Shown one piece after another: positions 31,146-40,268 of a stretch of DNA of 64,000 bases. The notes under the pieces were generated by a model. That model was not told the origin of the DNA. It searched no databases and worked only from the letters and a program-made list of their open reading frames with translations. This DNA comes from Candidatus Omnitrophota bacterium (GTDB lineage Bacteria; Omnitrophota; Gorgyraeia; Zapsychrales; Fredricksoniimonadaceae), in contig JBGAJA010000001.1 of the NCBI GenBank assembly GCA_044225175.1, positions 70,994 to 134,993 of the forward strand, in the 5' to 3' direction. Position 1 is the stretch's first letter. Each line of letters begins with the position of its first letter. A program made the position numbers and the translations under genes.

Positions 31146-31935
31146 AACGACTATAGGAATTATTGGCGGGGGAAATATGGGGGAGGCTTTAATCAAAGGT
31201 CTCCATAAATCTTATGCCTTACATGTTACAGAAGCTGACCAAAAGCGTACACAATACTTAAAGAAGCACTATCGATTAACAATTGCAGACATTGATGCCA
31301 CCATCCAAAAATCCCATGTCCTGATTCTTGCTGTGAAACCTCAAGATATGCAAACGGTGCTGTCCTATGTGAAGGTGGGAAATCAATTTTCAAAGAAGGA
31401 TCAGTTGGTTATTTCGATTGCGGCAGGTTTAACAACGAGATTTTTTGAGAAACAATTAGGGAAATCTCGCGTTGTGCGAACAATGCCTAATATGCCCGCT
31501 TTGATTGGAGAGGGAATCACAGGGATATGTCCAGGAAAGTATGCAACTCCTTCTGACCTAAAGCTTGCTCAAAAGCTTTTAGAGACAATTGGAGAGACCG
31601 TTATTGTTAAAGAATCGATGATTGATGCAGTGACTGCTGTTTCAGGAAGCGGCCCGGCGTATGTATTTTTATTTGTGGAACAATGGATGGCTGCGGCTAA
31701 GAAGCTTGGGTTTAATGATAACCAAGCAAAGCAATTGGTCTATAAGACATTGCTTGGAAGTGCACATCTTCTTGAAAAAAGCGAATTTTCAGCTGGAACT
31801 TTACGTGAGAAAGTTACCTCCAAAGGTGGGACTACAGCTGCTGCCTTAGATGTGTTTGCTAAGGGTAAGTTTGATTCACTCATGAACAGTGCTCTTGGTG
31901 CGGCGAAGAAGAGAGCTAAAGAGTTAGCTAAATAA
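31138..31935 (+). CDS. proC: Pyrroline-5-carboxylate reductase
   Basis: IGIIGGGNMGEALIKG Rossmann motif plus ProC C-terminal dimerisation region; 8-nt overlap with yggS. Confidence 0.85.
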   Translation: MLKTTIGIIGGGNMGEALIKGLHKSYALHVTEADQKRTQYLKKHYRLTIADIDATIQKSHVLILAVKPQDMQTVLSYVKVGNQFSKKDQLVISIAAGLTTRFFEKQLGKSRVVRTMPNMPALIGEGITGICPGKYATPSDLKLAQKLLETIGETVIVKESMIDAVTAVSGSGPAYVFLFVEQWMAAAKKLGFNDNQAKQLVYKTLLGSAHLLEKSEFSAGTLREKVTSKGGTTAAALDVFAKGKFDSLMNSALGAAKKRAKELAK

Positions 31936-31940
31936 TTTGT

Positions 31941-32029
31941 GTGTCATTGCGAGGAGCAAAGCGACGAAGCAATCCTTTTAGAATGCTTAAAAGATTGCTT
32001 CGGCCTAAAAGCAGGCCTCGCAATGACAC
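31941..32029. repeat. Palindromic mini-element copy B (intergenic proC-mtnP)
   Basis: 89-bp imperfect hairpin gtgtcattgcgaggagcaaagcgacgaagcaatc…gattgcttcggcc…cctcgcaatgacac; the minus-strand ORF 31928-32218 overlapping it is probably spurious. Confidence 0.75.
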
Positions 32030-32047
32030 CTGTGATCGGAGAAAATC

Positions 32048-32908
32048 ATGGCTATCGTTGGGGTGATTGGTGGAAGTGGACTTTATCAGATGGAGGGGAT
32101 CAGTAATCTTAAGGAGGTTACGCTTAAGACTCCTTTTGGGAATCCGTCCGATGCTTATTTCACTGGCGAAATCCAAAAGACCAAGGTGGTGTTCTTGCCT
32201 CGGCATGGGCGTGGACATGCTATTTCTCCCTCCGAGATTAACTATAGGGCTAATATCTATGGAATGAAAGAACTTGGAGTTGAAGCCATCCTGTCTGTTT
32301 CAGCCTGCGGAAGTCTTCGTAAGAAATATAAACCAATGGATTTTGTGATTCCGGATCAGTTCTTGGATCGTACGCGTAAGGGAAGACTAGATACATTTTT
32401 TACTGATGGCATTGTGGCCCATGTGGCTTTTGCGGATCCGATCAGTCCAGAGATTGCAGACATTATTGAATCCTCAGCTAAAGCTTTAGGAATCAAAGCT
32501 CATCGTGGGGGAACCTACGTCAACATGGAAGGTCCTCAGTTCTCGACGAAGGCTGAGTCTAATTTGTATCGTAAGTGGGGAATGGATATTATTGGAATGA
32601 CGAATTTGACTGAGGCCAAGCTTGCTCGTGAAGCTGAGATTTCTTATGCGACTTTGGCTGCTGTCACAGATTATGATTGCTGGCATCCCGAACATGATTC
32701 GGTGACTGTTGAAATGATTATCCATAATTTGCATGAGAATGTAGGTAATGCGAAGAAAATTTTAAGTGCTGCTATTCCTCAGGTAGGAAAATTAAAGAAG
32801 TTTTCAGCTTCAGAAGCGTTGAAATTTGCTATCATCACAAGTCGCGATAAGATTAGCGCGCAAAAGAAGAAAGAACTCAATGTCATCATCGGAAAATACA
32901 TCAAATAG
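32048..32908 (+). CDS. mtnP: S-methyl-5'-thioadenosine (purine nucleoside) phosphorylase
   Basis: IGGSGLY…FLPRHGRGH…GMTNLTEAKLAREAEISYATLAAVTDYDCWH: MTAP-type PNP signature. Confidence 0.8.
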   Translation: MAIVGVIGGSGLYQMEGISNLKEVTLKTPFGNPSDAYFTGEIQKTKVVFLPRHGRGHAISPSEINYRANIYGMKELGVEAILSVSACGSLRKKYKPMDFVIPDQFLDRTRKGRLDTFFTDGIVAHVAFADPISPEIADIIESSAKALGIKAHRGGTYVNMEGPQFSTKAESNLYRKWGMDIIGMTNLTEAKLAREAEISYATLAAVTDYDCWHPEHDSVTVEMIIHNLHENVGNAKKILSAAIPQVGKLKKFSASEALKFAIITSRDKISAQKKKELNVIIGKYIK

Positions 32909-35705
32909 CGTTGATTACCAAAAGACTTTAAATTTGCCCAAGACAGATTTTGCCATGAAAGCAAATTTGACCCAGCGTGAGCCTCAGTTTTTGGCAAAAT
33001 GGGAGAGTGATAAGATCTATCAACGTCTTCGTGAGAAATCCAAAGGCAAGAAGCCTTTTATTCTTCATGATGGACCTCCCTATGCTAATGGTCATATTCA
33101 TATAGGCCATGCTCTCAATAAAATTCTTAAAGATATTATAGTTCGTTACAAGTCCATGAAAGGCTTTGATGCTTTGTATGTTCCTGGCTGGGACTGCCAT
33201 GGGTTACCTATTGAACATCAATTGCTCAAAGACTTAAAGGCAAAGAAGGGGGACTTTGATACGGTTGTCTTTCGTAAGAAAGCCCATGATTATGCTATGA
33301 AGTTTGTTGGTATTCAGCGTGATGAATTTAAGCGCCTGGGAATTTGGGCACAATGGGACAATCCCTATTTAACCTTGGCTCCGGGTTATGAATTTTGGAT
33401 TCTTAAATCTTTAGCTACTTTGGTTGATAAAGGCTATGTGTACCGCAGTTTAAAGCCTGTGAACTGGTGTTTTAGCTGTGAAACAGCCTTAGCTGAGGCA
33501 GAGGTAGAACATGAAAATAAAGAGTCTCCAACTGTATTTGTGAAGTTCAAAGTGAACAATCCTCAAGTACTGGCAATGCCTAGTGGTCCGTCGGTATCTC
33601 TACTTATTTGGACAACTACTCCATGGACTTTATTAGCCAATGTGGCCGTTGCCACCCATGCCGATTTTACTTATGTTTTAGCAGATTTAGGTCATGAAGT
33701 TGTCATTGTAGAAAAGACCCTTTCAGAAGCTATCTTTGCTAAGGCCAATGTGCAGGCTAAGATCATTAAAGAAGTTAAGGGTAAGGATTTAACTGGGCTC
33801 ACATACACACATCCTTTTGATAAGCTAAAAGATTGTCCTGTTGTAAATGTCGATTATGTCACCAAAGAAGATGGTACTGGTCTTGTTCATACGGCTCCTG
33901 GTCATGGCCAGGAAGATTATCAAACTGGCTTAAAGTACAAATTGCCTATTGTGATGCCTGTTAACAGCAAGGGTGTTTTTAATGAAGAGGGCGCTCCATT
34001 TACAGGTCAACATGTCTTTAAAGCTAATGAAGTCATTATTGCCAATCTTAAAGAGAGAGGTTTATTATTTTCAACTGAGAATATTCAGCATTCTTATCCT
34101 CATTGCTGGCGTTGTAAAAATCCTGTGATTTTTCGTGCCACAGAACAATGGTTTTTGAATGTGTCTCATCATGGTCTGCGAGAAAAGCTTAAGAGTTCGA
34201 TTGAGAATGATGTTCAGTGGGTCCCGCCAGCTGGGCGTGAACGTATTTTGGGAATGGTGGCTACTCGTCCGGATTGGTGTTTGTCCCGCCAAAGACTCTG
34301 GGGGGTTCCTATCCCAGCTTTAGTCTGTCAAGGCTGCCAGGGAGAGCATAAGCTTTTTGTTAAGGTTATTGAACATTTGGCTGGAATTGTCAAAACAGCA
34401 GGCAGCGATGTTTGGTTTGAACGTGATGTGAAGGATTTAATTCCTCCTGGCTTCAAATGTCCTGATTGTGGGGGAGATTCATTCGAGAAAACTCATGATA
34501 TTCTGGATGTTTGGTTTGATTCTGGCGTTAGCCATCAAGCGGTCTTTCATACGCTCATCAATTTGCCTTTACCTGCGGATCTGTATTTGGAAGGCTCCGA
34601 TCAGCATCGCGGATGGTTCCAATCATCTTTGATTCCTTCTGTTGCCATAGATGGCAAAGCGCCTTATCGCCAAGTCTTGACCCATGGTTTTGTAGTGGAT
34701 GGGCAAGGACGTAAGATGTCCAAATCTCTAGGAAATGTCATGTCTCCGCAAGATATGATTAAAGATAATGGGGCTGAGATTCTCCGCTTGTGGGTTGCTT
34801 CCAGCTCTTACAACGATGATGTACGAATCTCCAAAGAAATCATTGATCGTTTGGTTGACTCTTACCGTAAGATTCGTAACACCGTGCGTTATCTTTTGGG
34901 TAATTTAAGCGACTTTAAGCCTGATACAGATCTTTTAGACTACACCAAAATGCTAGACCTAGATCGCTGGGCTTTAAACCGTTTGGCACATGTGATTGAA
35001 GAGGTAGATAGAGCTTACGAAACCTATGATTTTGTAAAGGTTTATAAGACAATTCATAGCTTTTGCAATGAGGATCTTTCAACCATTTATCTTGACATCC
35101 TAAAAGACCGCTTGTATACTTGCCGCACTTTATCAGTCGAAAGAAAGTCGGCCCAGAGCGTTTTATATTATATACTTGATAGTCTGATGCGTATGATTGC
35201 TCCAATGATGGTTGTAACCTCCCAGGAGATATTTGACATAAGTCCTTCAAAATCTTCAGGTTCAAAAGAACCTAGTGTTCATCTGTTAGATTGGCCAACG
35301 GTTGATCCGCAGTGGAAGAATCAGCCTATTGAAGAGAGGTATAAGGTTCTTTTAGACTTCCGGTCCTTTGTTCTTAAAGCTTTGGATGAACAAAGAAAGC
35401 TAGGGGTCATTGGAAGCGGATTGCAAGCTAAAGTCATCATCAAAAGTGCAAGCAATCGCGATTTAGAGTATTTAAAGAGCTTTCAAGCAGATTTAGCCAC
35501 TTATTTTATAGTTTCAAGTGTGGAAATTGAACAAGTATCAAGTGTTTCACAGGGTTTAAACGATTATTTCTCTCAAACATCAATTGAAGTACAAGCAGCT
35601 GATGGGGTCAAATGCGCCCGCTGCTGGAATTATAAGACTGATGTCGGAGAAAACAAAAAACATCCAAGCTTGTGTGTGCGTTGTTCACAAGTGGTGGAGA
35701 ATTAA
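32880..35705 (+). CDS. ileS: Isoleucine--tRNA ligase (bacterial type with C-terminal zinc finger)
   Basis: HIGH (PYANGHIHIGH) and KMSKS motifs; C-terminal CARCWNYK…CVRCSQ Zn cluster. The ORF opens at 32826; the likely start ATG 32880 overlaps the mtnP end. Confidence 0.9.
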   Translation: MSSSENTSNSVDYQKTLNLPKTDFAMKANLTQREPQFLAKWESDKIYQRLREKSKGKKPFILHDGPPYANGHIHIGHALNKILKDIIVRYKSMKGFDALYVPGWDCHGLPIEHQLLKDLKAKKGDFDTVVFRKKAHDYAMKFVGIQRDEFKRLGIWAQWDNPYLTLAPGYEFWILKSLATLVDKGYVYRSLKPVNWCFSCETALAEAEVEHENKESPTVFVKFKVNNPQVLAMPSGPSVSLLIWTTTPWTLLANVAVATHADFTYVLADLGHEVVIVEKTLSEAIFAKANVQAKIIKEVKGKDLTGLTYTHPFDKLKDCPVVNVDYVTKEDGTGLVHTAPGHGQEDYQTGLKYKLPIVMPVNSKGVFNEEGAPFTGQHVFKANEVIIANLKERGLLFSTENIQHSYPHCWRCKNPVIFRATEQWFLNVSHHGLREKLKSSIENDVQWVPPAGRERILGMVATRPDWCLSRQRLWGVPIPALVCQGCQGEHKLFVKVIEHLAGIVKTAGSDVWFERDVKDLIPPGFKCPDCGGDSFEKTHDILDVWFDSGVSHQAVFHTLINLPLPADLYLEGSDQHRGWFQSSLIPSVAIDGKAPYRQVLTHGFVVDGQGRKMSKSLGNVMSPQDMIKDNGAEILRLWVASSSYNDDVRISKEIIDRLVDSYRKIRNTVRYLLGNLSDFKPDTDLLDYTKMLDLDRWALNRLAHVIEEVDRAYETYDFVKVYKTIHSFCNEDLSTIYLDILKDRLYTCRTLSVERKSAQSVLYYILDSLMRMIAPMMVVTSQEIFDISPSKSSGSKEPSVHLLDWPTVDPQWKNQPIEERYKVLLDFRSFVLKALDEQRKLGVIGSGLQAKVIIKSASNRDLEYLKSFQADLATYFIVSSVEIEQVSSVSQGLNDYFSQTSIEVQAADGVKCARCWNYKTDVGENKKHPSLCVRCSQVVEN

Positions 35706-35720
35706 CCGGAGATAAGTTCA

Positions 35721-36128
35721 ATGCCTGGAAAAGTCATTAAAAGAGTCAAAATCAAGATTAATCCAAAGTTAGAAGTTTATAGAAAGCTTCTGATTAAAGC
35801 TAAAGATCAAATTGTGGGGGACATTAGAAATCTTTCCAATGACAACGATGGCAGTGCTAATGATCGAAGCGGAGACGTCTCTGGTCACGCACTTCACATG
35901 GCTGATGTGGCAACGGATATGTATGATCGTGAATTTGCAATGGGATTAGCTGCCAACGATCGCGAACTTTTAACTCGTATTCAAGATGCAATGATGCGTA
36001 TACAAGAAGGTACTTTTGGTGTTTGTGAACAATGCAAGAAACCAATCGCCGCCACACGTCTAAAGGCTCTTCCTTATGTTACAACCTGCTTAAAATGTCA
36101 GGAACAAATTGAATCTAAGCGCAGATAA
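35721..36128 (+). CDS. dksA: DksA/TraR-family C4 zinc-finger protein
   Basis: C-terminal CEQCKKPI…CLKCQ four-Cys finger; a coiled-coil-like N-terminus with an acidic stretch. Confidence 0.7.
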   Translation: MPGKVIKRVKIKINPKLEVYRKLLIKAKDQIVGDIRNLSNDNDGSANDRSGDVSGHALHMADVATDMYDREFAMGLAANDRELLTRIQDAMMRIQEGTFGVCEQCKKPIAATRLKALPYVTTCLKCQEQIESKRR

Positions 36129-36131
36129 CAC

Positions 36132-36608
36132 ATGAATGATTTCAAGCGCTCTAAAATTGATATTCTTATTTTTGTCGGTGGTGTCTTAGGGACGATCATT
36201 TTAGACAGATTCAGCAAGATCTTTTTTTCCAATCTCCTAGATGTTAATGATTCCCTTATTCTCATCAAAAACGTTTTCCATTTTACTCTAGTTCATAATA
36301 CAGGAATTGCTTTCGGACTTTTTAAAGACCAAGGTTTTGTGTTTTTTATCATTCCTGTTGTTTTAACAGGGCTCCTCATTTACAACATTTATTACTACAA
36401 GCACGCAGATCAATTAAGCCGTATTTATATTGCAGCTTTTTCTTTAATTTTAGGAGGGGCAATTGGAAATTTAATTGATCGAATTACATTAGGCTATGTG
36501 ATTGATTTTATTGATTTTCGTGTCTGGCCGGTGTTTAATATTGCGGACAGTGCCATTACAATCGGGGCGGCCATTATTTTGTTGAAGTGTATTCCATCAG
36601 TCAAATAA
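36132..36608 (+). CDS. lspA: Lipoprotein signal peptidase (SPase II)
   Basis: NTGIAFGLF and FNIADSAITIGA conserved boxes; 4 TM. Confidence 0.85.
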   Translation: MNDFKRSKIDILIFVGGVLGTIILDRFSKIFFSNLLDVNDSLILIKNVFHFTLVHNTGIAFGLFKDQGFVFFIIPVVLTGLLIYNIYYYKHADQLSRIYIAAFSLILGGAIGNLIDRITLGYVIDFIDFRVWPVFNIADSAITIGAAIILLKCIPSVK

Positions 36609-36612
36609 ATAA

Positions 36613-36682
36613 GTGTCATTGCGAGCGAAAGCGAAGCAATCTTAAAGATTGCTTCAGTCGCTTTGCTCCTTCGCAATGACAC
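36613..36682. repeat. Palindromic mini-element copy C (intergenic lspA-lgt)
   Basis: gtgtcattgcgagcgaaagcgaagcaatcttaaagattgcttcagtcgctttgctccttcgcaatgacac; the minus-strand ORF 36494-36697 overlapping it is probably spurious. Confidence 0.75.
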
Positions 36683-36691
36683 AAAATTCCT

Positions 36692-37414
36692 ATGCATCCT
36701 ATTCTTTTCAATATAGGTCCAGTCACAGTATTTTCTTATGGCGTGATGATTGCTCTTGCAGTCATTGTCTGCGCGTTTCTTTTAAGTCGAGATGCCAAAG
36801 TTTATAATATTCCTGCCGAAACCATTCATGATTTGATGTTCATGGTCGTTGCTTGTGGAATTTTAGGGGCACGAGTTTTTTATATTATTTTGACTTGGGA
36901 TTACTTTAAAGATAATCCCATGGAAATGATTATGTTAACTCATGGCGGTCTCGCATGGCAGGGTGGATTGATTGCTGGGATGCTCTCTGGATTTTGGTTT
37001 GTTCGTCTTAAGAAGTTAAAACTAAGGTTTGTTTTAGATTTAGTTGCTCCGTATGTTGCTTTAGGACAAGCCATTGGCCGTCTTGGTTGCTTTTTTAATG
37101 GTTGTTGTTATGGAAAGCCAGCTCCCTGGGGAATATATTTTCCCGTTCATCACGACCGTCTTCATCCGACTCAACTGTATGAAACAGCTGGATTGTTTGT
37201 GGCATTCTTGATTCTTAAGTATGCTCAGAAAAAACCTCATCATGCAGGTATGATTTTTGTTCTTTATTTATGGTTGGGGGCAATTGAACGTTTTATTGTG
37301 GAATTCTTCCGCGCAGACCATGATCAACTATGGTATGGCTTAAGTTTATTTCAGTACATTTCGCTAGGGATCTTTAGTATAGGGCTAGTGCTTTTAATGC
37401 GGTTTAGAAAATGA
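36692..37414 (+). CDS. lgt: Prolipoprotein diacylglyceryl transferase
   Basis: N-terminal TM with the MHPILFNIGPVTVFSYG start; GRLGCFFNGCCYG signature-like box. Confidence 0.85.
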   Translation: MHPILFNIGPVTVFSYGVMIALAVIVCAFLLSRDAKVYNIPAETIHDLMFMVVACGILGARVFYIILTWDYFKDNPMEMIMLTHGGLAWQGGLIAGMLSGFWFVRLKKLKLRFVLDLVAPYVALGQAIGRLGCFFNGCCYGKPAPWGIYFPVHHDRLHPTQLYETAGLFVAFLILKYAQKKPHHAGMIFVLYLWLGAIERFIVEFFRADHDQLWYGLSLFQYISLGIFSIGLVLLMRFRK

Positions 37415-38304
37415 AACATACCTTTATTGTTGAAGAGGCTTATAAAGATTTACGATTAGATATTTTCTTAACTCATGTGATTGAAAATGTTCCCTCCCGT
37501 ACATTTATCAAAAAGCTCATTGATTCAGATCAAGTCTTTGTCAACGGTAAGCCCTCTAAGACAAAATATAAGATGGCGATAGGCGACAAGGTGGAGGTTG
37601 ATGTGGATGAAGCATCCTTTGGGCCTAAAGATTTACCAGCCCAGAAAATGTCTTTGGATATTTTTTATGAAGACCCAGATCTCATCATTATTAATAAGCC
37701 TTCTGGATTAACAGTTCATCCAGCAAGCGGCGATCAAAGCGGAACGTTAGTAAATGGACTTTTAGGAAGGTTTGAAGAGCTTTCTGATATTAATGGCACG
37801 GTTCGTCCGGGCATCGTCCATCGTTTGGACAAAGACACCTCAGGATTAATCATTGTAGCCAAGACAAACGTGGCTCATGCCAGATTAGCCCGCCAATTTG
37901 AAAAACATACTGTAATTAAACGATATGTAGCGTTGGTTGAAGGCGTGATCCAATTTGATCAAGGCCTTATTGATGCAGAAATAGGACGTCATCGAAAATA
38001 TCATGATCAGCGAAGCATTGTAGAAGAGGGAGAAGGCAAGGAAGCCAGCACCCTTTATCAAGTCATTAAACGTTTTAAAAAATCCACACTAGTCGCCCTC
38101 TTTCCCCAAACGGGCCGAACGCATCAGCTTAGGGTTCACTTGAAACACCTAGGACACCCTATTCTTGGAGATGAGAAATATGGACGTAAAGAGTCCTTTT
38201 CAAGATTGGCCTTGCATGCGCAAAGTATAGCCTTTGATCATCCAATCACTAAAGACTCAATCGAATTTTCCTGTCCGGTTCCTAAAGAGTTTCTTGAGGG
38301 ATAG
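37411..38304 (+). CDS. rluD: 23S rRNA pseudouridine synthase, RluA family (RluD-like, S4 + catalytic domain)
   Basis: S4-like N-terminus; HRLDKDTSGLIIVAKT catalytic Asp motif; ATGA overlap with lgt. Confidence 0.85.
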   Translation: MKHTFIVEEAYKDLRLDIFLTHVIENVPSRTFIKKLIDSDQVFVNGKPSKTKYKMAIGDKVEVDVDEASFGPKDLPAQKMSLDIFYEDPDLIIINKPSGLTVHPASGDQSGTLVNGLLGRFEELSDINGTVRPGIVHRLDKDTSGLIIVAKTNVAHARLARQFEKHTVIKRYVALVEGVIQFDQGLIDAEIGRHRKYHDQRSIVEEGEGKEASTLYQVIKRFKKSTLVALFPQTGRTHQLRVHLKHLGHPILGDEKYGRKESFSRLALHAQSIAFDHPITKDSIEFSCPVPKEFLEG

Positions 38305-38430
38305 GGATTTTATTTATCCATTGAATTGGATTTTCATCCCATCTTAACCTTCGCTTAGTTATACATATTCTAATGGCCCCTCGTGGGCGCAGTGTTTATT
38401 AAATGGGTAAAAGCAGAAGGGGATATGTTT

Positions 38431-39363
38431 ATGAAAAAAATTTTCATAGTCATGGGGATAGTTGTTCTTTTTTTGATAGGGATAGCGTTGGCTAAGGACT
38501 TCATTATTAAGTCTGTAGTTACACAAGTTGCTTCTAAGATGATAGGGACCAAGGTGCACATGGATGGTTTTTCGTTGAGTCTTTTAAAATCAACGATCAA
38601 AATATCTGGATTTAAGATTTATAACCCCAGCGGCTTTCCGGAAGGGATATTGGTGTCTTGTCCCACAATAAAGGTCATCTATGATCGTGAGGCTTTATTA
38701 AAGAATCAACAACACTTCTTACTTTTGGAGATTGAATTAAAAGAGATGGGGCTTACTAAAAACAAAGAAGGAAAACTCAACGTGGACTCATTGAAAATAG
38801 TGAAGGAACCAAAGTCGTCTCCAACGACCCCTATGCAAATCGATCTTCTTAACTTAAAGATCGGCAAAATTGTTTATAAGGATTACACCACCGGGAGCGA
38901 ACCTAGTGTTCGAGTCCACGATGTTAATAAACAACATAGTTATAAGAGCATTCCTTCGGCACAGCAATTAGCTTTACTTGTGCTTGCAGAGCCGATGAAG
39001 GCTGCGGCAATCAAAAACGCCCAGATCTATGGGGTTGCTATGTTAAGTGGTGTGGCGTTTCTTCCGGTTGCAGTCGCGGCAACATTTATAGGTCAAGATA
39101 GTGTACAGGAGATCGTTCATGCCAATTTTGATCATGTGTATAAAATCAGTCTTGAGGTAGTCGGGCGTATGGGTAAGATTACAAAAGATGATGCATCCAA
39201 TGGCTCAATTAAAGCCAATATCAAGGGGTCGAATATAGCGCTTGCGCTTAAGAAAAAATCAGACAATGAGACGGAAATAACAATTTCCGCACGTAAATAC
39301 ATGTTGCCTCAGCCTGATATTGCAGGAGGGGTTTTGTATCAAATCCTTGATAAGCTGCAATAA
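38431..39363 (+). CDS. Membrane-anchored hypothetical protein
   Basis: The ORF opens at 38383; the likely start is 38431 (MKKIFIVMGIVVLFLIGIALA), with a GAAGGGG RBS 9 nt upstream; no domain recognised. Confidence 0.5.
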   Translation: MKKIFIVMGIVVLFLIGIALAKDFIIKSVVTQVASKMIGTKVHMDGFSLSLLKSTIKISGFKIYNPSGFPEGILVSCPTIKVIYDREALLKNQQHFLLLEIELKEMGLTKNKEGKLNVDSLKIVKEPKSSPTTPMQIDLLNLKIGKIVYKDYTTGSEPSVRVHDVNKQHSYKSIPSAQQLALLVLAEPMKAAAIKNAQIYGVAMLSGVAFLPVAVAATFIGQDSVQEIVHANFDHVYKISLEVVGRMGKITKDDASNGSIKANIKGSNIALALKKKSDNETEITISARKYMLPQPDIAGGVLYQILDKLQ

Positions 39364-39449
39364 AAATAATCGGGACATTGAGAAGTCCACGCCAATTCTT
39401 TCCATTTAACCCTTTACTCTAAAAAACTTCTTTTTATAATGATTACACT

Positions 39450-40268
39450 ATGAAAAATTCGAAAGGCAAAACATCTACTATTATTATCATTTTGATCACT
39501 CTTTTGTTGATCTCTTGTACTGCCATAGGGTTTTATTTGTATCAAAAAGAAAACCAGATGCGAAAAGACCTTGAGGTGCAGCTGCAAGACAGTAAAACGC
39601 AGCAAGATAAGCTTTCCAATGACCTTCGCGATGCTAAGAAGCAACTCCTGCTTCTTCAAGATAAAAATAAAGAGGCTGATGCCAAGATTAATAACTTGAT
39701 GGATGAAATTGAACTCACCCAAGGTCTTCGTAATGAATTAAAGAAAGAAAATGGTTCTTTAAAGGAAGCCATAGAGGCAGCAAAAAAAGAAAAAGAAGCA
39801 TTGAAAGCTGAACTCAATGATACCGCAAAAAAGTTGCAAGAGAATCTTGAGATTTTAAAAGCAGAACAAGTGAAAACAAAGGATCTACAAGCTCAAATCT
39901 ATTCTTATGATCAGTCAGAAACCCGTCGTCAGTCTAGATCTGACATCGCAAGATCTAGAGAGTTATCTCCAGACATGCCGCCACCAGCGCAGCAAAAAAT
40001 GGAGCTAGATAAGATTGTTGTTGGTGAACAGTCCGACAAAGGAAGGGTTCTAAGTGTGGATAAAGAATCAGATTTTGTTATCTGCAATTTAGGATCTCTG
40101 CATGGTATCCAGGCTGGAGATGTTTTGTCTGTTTATCATGAGGATCAGTATCTTGGTGAGTTAAAAGTCTCACGGGTACAGGAAGAAATGTCTGCTGCTG
40201 ATTTTGTTCCGCCATTATCCAGTCGTAAAGTCCGAAAGAATGACATCGTTGTGCTTAAACAATCATGA
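39450..40268 (+). CDS. Coiled-coil protein with N-terminal TM anchor
   Basis: TM helix, then ~150 aa of heptad-rich K/E/L sequence; the C-terminal ~80 aa may form a small beta domain. Confidence 0.5.
   Translation: MKNSKGKTSTIIIILITLLLISCTAIGFYLYQKENQMRKDLEVQLQDSKTQQDKLSNDLRDAKKQLLLLQDKNKEADAKINNLMDEIELTQGLRNELKKENGSLKEAIEAAKKEKEALKAELNDTAKKLQENLEILKAEQVKTKDLQAQIYSYDQSETRRQSRSDIARSRELSPDMPPPAQQKMELDKIVVGEQSDKGRVLSVDKESDFVICNLGSLHGIQAGDVLSVYHEDQYLGELKVSRVQEEMSAADFVPPLSSRKVRKNDIVVLKQS

Noticed and set aside
31928-32218. 96-aa minus-strand ORF spanning the proC-mtnP spacer
   Set aside because: It is created by the palindromic repeat (copy B) and overlaps the start of mtnP on the opposite strand. 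There is no RBS or domain signal. The ORF 36494-36697 (-) over copy C is the same kind of artefact.
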